A stretch of DNA of 64,000 nt from Cetorhinus maximus (lineage: Eukaryota), in NCBI RefSeq assembly GCF_964194155.1, contig NC_135899.1, forward strand, positions 54,808,001 through 54,872,000, read 5' to 3'. Positions 61,695-64,000 of the stretch are shown piece by piece. The position numbers and the translations under genes are program-made. How positions within the stretch are numbered: the first letter of the stretch is position 1; every line of letters starts with the position of its first letter. The notes beneath the pieces are model-generated. The model was given only the letters and a program-made list of their open reading frames with translations, was not told the origin of the DNA and made no database searches.

Positions 61695-62690
61695 TTGCCT
61701 GGATTTCTACCGAGTCGCGGTGACTTACGAGCTGCTTAAAAAGGCAGCCGGGGCCCCGATTCCTTAATTCCTGATGCCATCCCCAGGGTTTCTGGTTTTC
61801 AGGGGTGCCTTTTGAGGGTACGGGATGGTCAGGGGCAAAAGCCCACAGTCTGCACTCTTGACCTGGCCGGCTCCATTACGAAGATAGGCACGTCATAGTC
61901 CTTTGCAATCTTCATGGAGTCAGGCCAGATTTTTAAGGACTCGTGATTCACGACACCTCAGAGGAGTTGCGGACCATGGTTTGTATGAGGAGATCTTTTA
62001 AAAGGTAAGTTCAAAAGTTCCTCCTCATCCCCGCCATGCCAAGGTATGCCCCTCAACCAGCTTATGCTCCTCTGGTCTTTGCTGTTAATTTCACATGTTT
62101 ATTTACTTAAGATTAAGAGGTTTCAAGTGCTTGCAGTTTCAGCTATGGAAAGTATAAAGGGTGTGGATGATTGACACCTTCTTTGCCCTGTAGTAAAAAG
62201 AAGTTGTTTTTTTTAAAGAAAGTGGAAAGTTTTCAATGCATTACTTTTTAAAAGCTTTTTTTTTTTACACATCCTACTGGGGTCACTAAGGGGTGCATTT
62301 GCTTCTATGCAGTATATAGTGGGTGAATAGGCATTGAAATGCCATACCTTGGCATGGGGGCATGAGGGGCCATATGGGGTGGGTGGGGAGTGTGTAGGGG
62401 GTGCGAGGGTGAGGATTGGAGTGCCTTTCTATTTTTATTTTAACTGGGCCAAGGTCTCACAGCACTGAGGGGGTGCTTTTAATAGCCTGCCTCAGCAGCT
62501 GGCAGCCCTGTGGCTACCTCCAAATTTTTTCCGGGGTCAGCTGGTCTGACTCCAGCCCACAGCTGCTCCTCCCGACAACAATGAAAACCCCGCCTTTGTG
62601 GGCTCTTTCTCCTGAGGTGGGTGGGCTGAGCTGGAATTTTCTCCAACTCCCGCTACCCGCCTTGACAATGAAAATGAAGGTCGTTGCCTG
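61695..62690. mobile_element. Decayed MITE
   Basis: Start gcctggatttc..; GC-rich subtermini; internal inverted copy of gccatgccaaggtatg; boundaries approximate. Confidence 0.45.
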
Positions 62691-64000
62691 AGATATTATT
62701 CACACATTTTGTCTTGCCTACGGGCCACACCATAAAATAAGTGGGACAGCTTCTTCAAATCCCAACATTTATAGCACCCAGGGATTGGGGATTATTTACA
62801 TCTAGGTCCACGTGCAAAGCCAGAAGAAGTACTTTCAGAAGCAACACACATAGCTCCATTTTAAAAACCATCTCAGTTCATTTGTCCAGTTATGCTTTTG
62901 CATGAATAGATACAACATTGAAATACTTTTTGACATGAAATGCAGCCTATATCAGTCATAGTGACTGCCCTGGCTCCATCAACACTGGCACTTTGCTTTC
63001 AGAACGAAGGGAGAAGGTAAAACATGGCCACTGGCCAAATAATTTTGCTTCAATGTTTTTGGTTGAATGGATGTCCCTTTTGCTACATGGCATCACTAGA
63101 TTTTGTATTACAGATCATATTTTATTCAATTTTGTTCTAATAAATCTAATTGAACTTATAAACAAAAAACCCTGAAAAGTACGTTTCTGTTAACCAATCT
63201 CCTTTTTCAGGAGGATCCTTTTGTATTGAATAGTCTTCTGGCTGATTCTTTTGCCAAAAGGTTATTTATAAAAAAAGACTGCATTCATAAAAATTAGCTG
63301 AAAAGCTTTTGGAAAGTAATTTTGTAGTACGGCATGGATTTATTGGGCTTGTTGTTTATCCCATAACATTGACTTCTAGTACAATCTGCTCCAATATTAA
63401 ATAGTTGTATAGTCACTATCAATGTTGATAGTGATCAATGTTATATGTGGTGGGTCTCTAAAATTCAACCAACTGCTGAAGGTTTGGGTGTAACAGTGAA
63501 CAACCAGAATGTACTTTCTTGACTTCAAGTCAAACTCAGATTCATGATTTTAAGTCTCCTCTTAAGTGCTTGCTGTGGGGACCCTACATAAAATATGTAT
63601 TGGGAGTCTCAGTTTAGTTCATTATTTGCAAAGGTTTACAACAGGAAATTCCCAACAATTCAACACTAACCAGGATTAAGTTGTAATCTTACTTTGTAAC
63701 TGGAACACATTGAGAGTTCTCTTCTGAGGTCAGATCTACAACACATTGTTGGGGGAAGGGTAGCAGAAGCTTTGTTCTGCTATCTGTATAGAAATACTTG
63801 ACCAAGGATGCAGAAATTAGAAGTGTATTTCCATTCACTGACTTCCAATCTTGCTTTGGCAGTAATACATTGAATGTTGGTGATATGAGTTGGGATTGTG
63901 GCCTGACAGCAATGTTGGTGGGGTGGAGGGGTTAAATTGTTTAGCCTCAAAAATAATGGGTGCAGGCATTGTGAAGCTTGATTAAGCTGCGCCCGCTGAG

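Overview
Vertebrate, repeat-dense and apparently non-genic DNA. A cartilaginous fish (shark) is inferred from the mix of CR1 LINEs, Deu-domain SINEs, a Penelope-derived palindrome and Harbinger-type MITEs. I could not support any intact host protein-coding gene, rRNA/tRNA gene or CRISPR array. The main structure is a ~16.4 kb nested transposon stack (3562-19937) whose boundaries can mostly be resolved to the base. An outer minus-strand Gypsy element (short LTRs, tRNA-Ser-like PBS, PPT, TSD) has been hit by: a palindromic Penelope-type insert with hammerhead-like cores; a 3.4 kb hAT-type element apparently carrying older DNA; a Harbinger MITE inserted inside the hAT's target-site duplication; a second gag-pro LTR element; and a third, plus-strand LTR element. 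That third element holds a 3.6 kb Harbinger element encoding only a Myb/SANT gene, plus a CR1 RT fragment. A separate full-length decayed Gypsy element (52237-57486) sits inside a CR1. The rest is CR1/L2/RTE fragments, SINEs, MITEs, minisatellites and AT-rich unique stretches that may be conserved non-coding elements. The best leads are the Myb-only Harbinger elements, the Pack-hAT-like element, and covarying hairpins in the MITE family. None is shown to be a new system from sequence alone.
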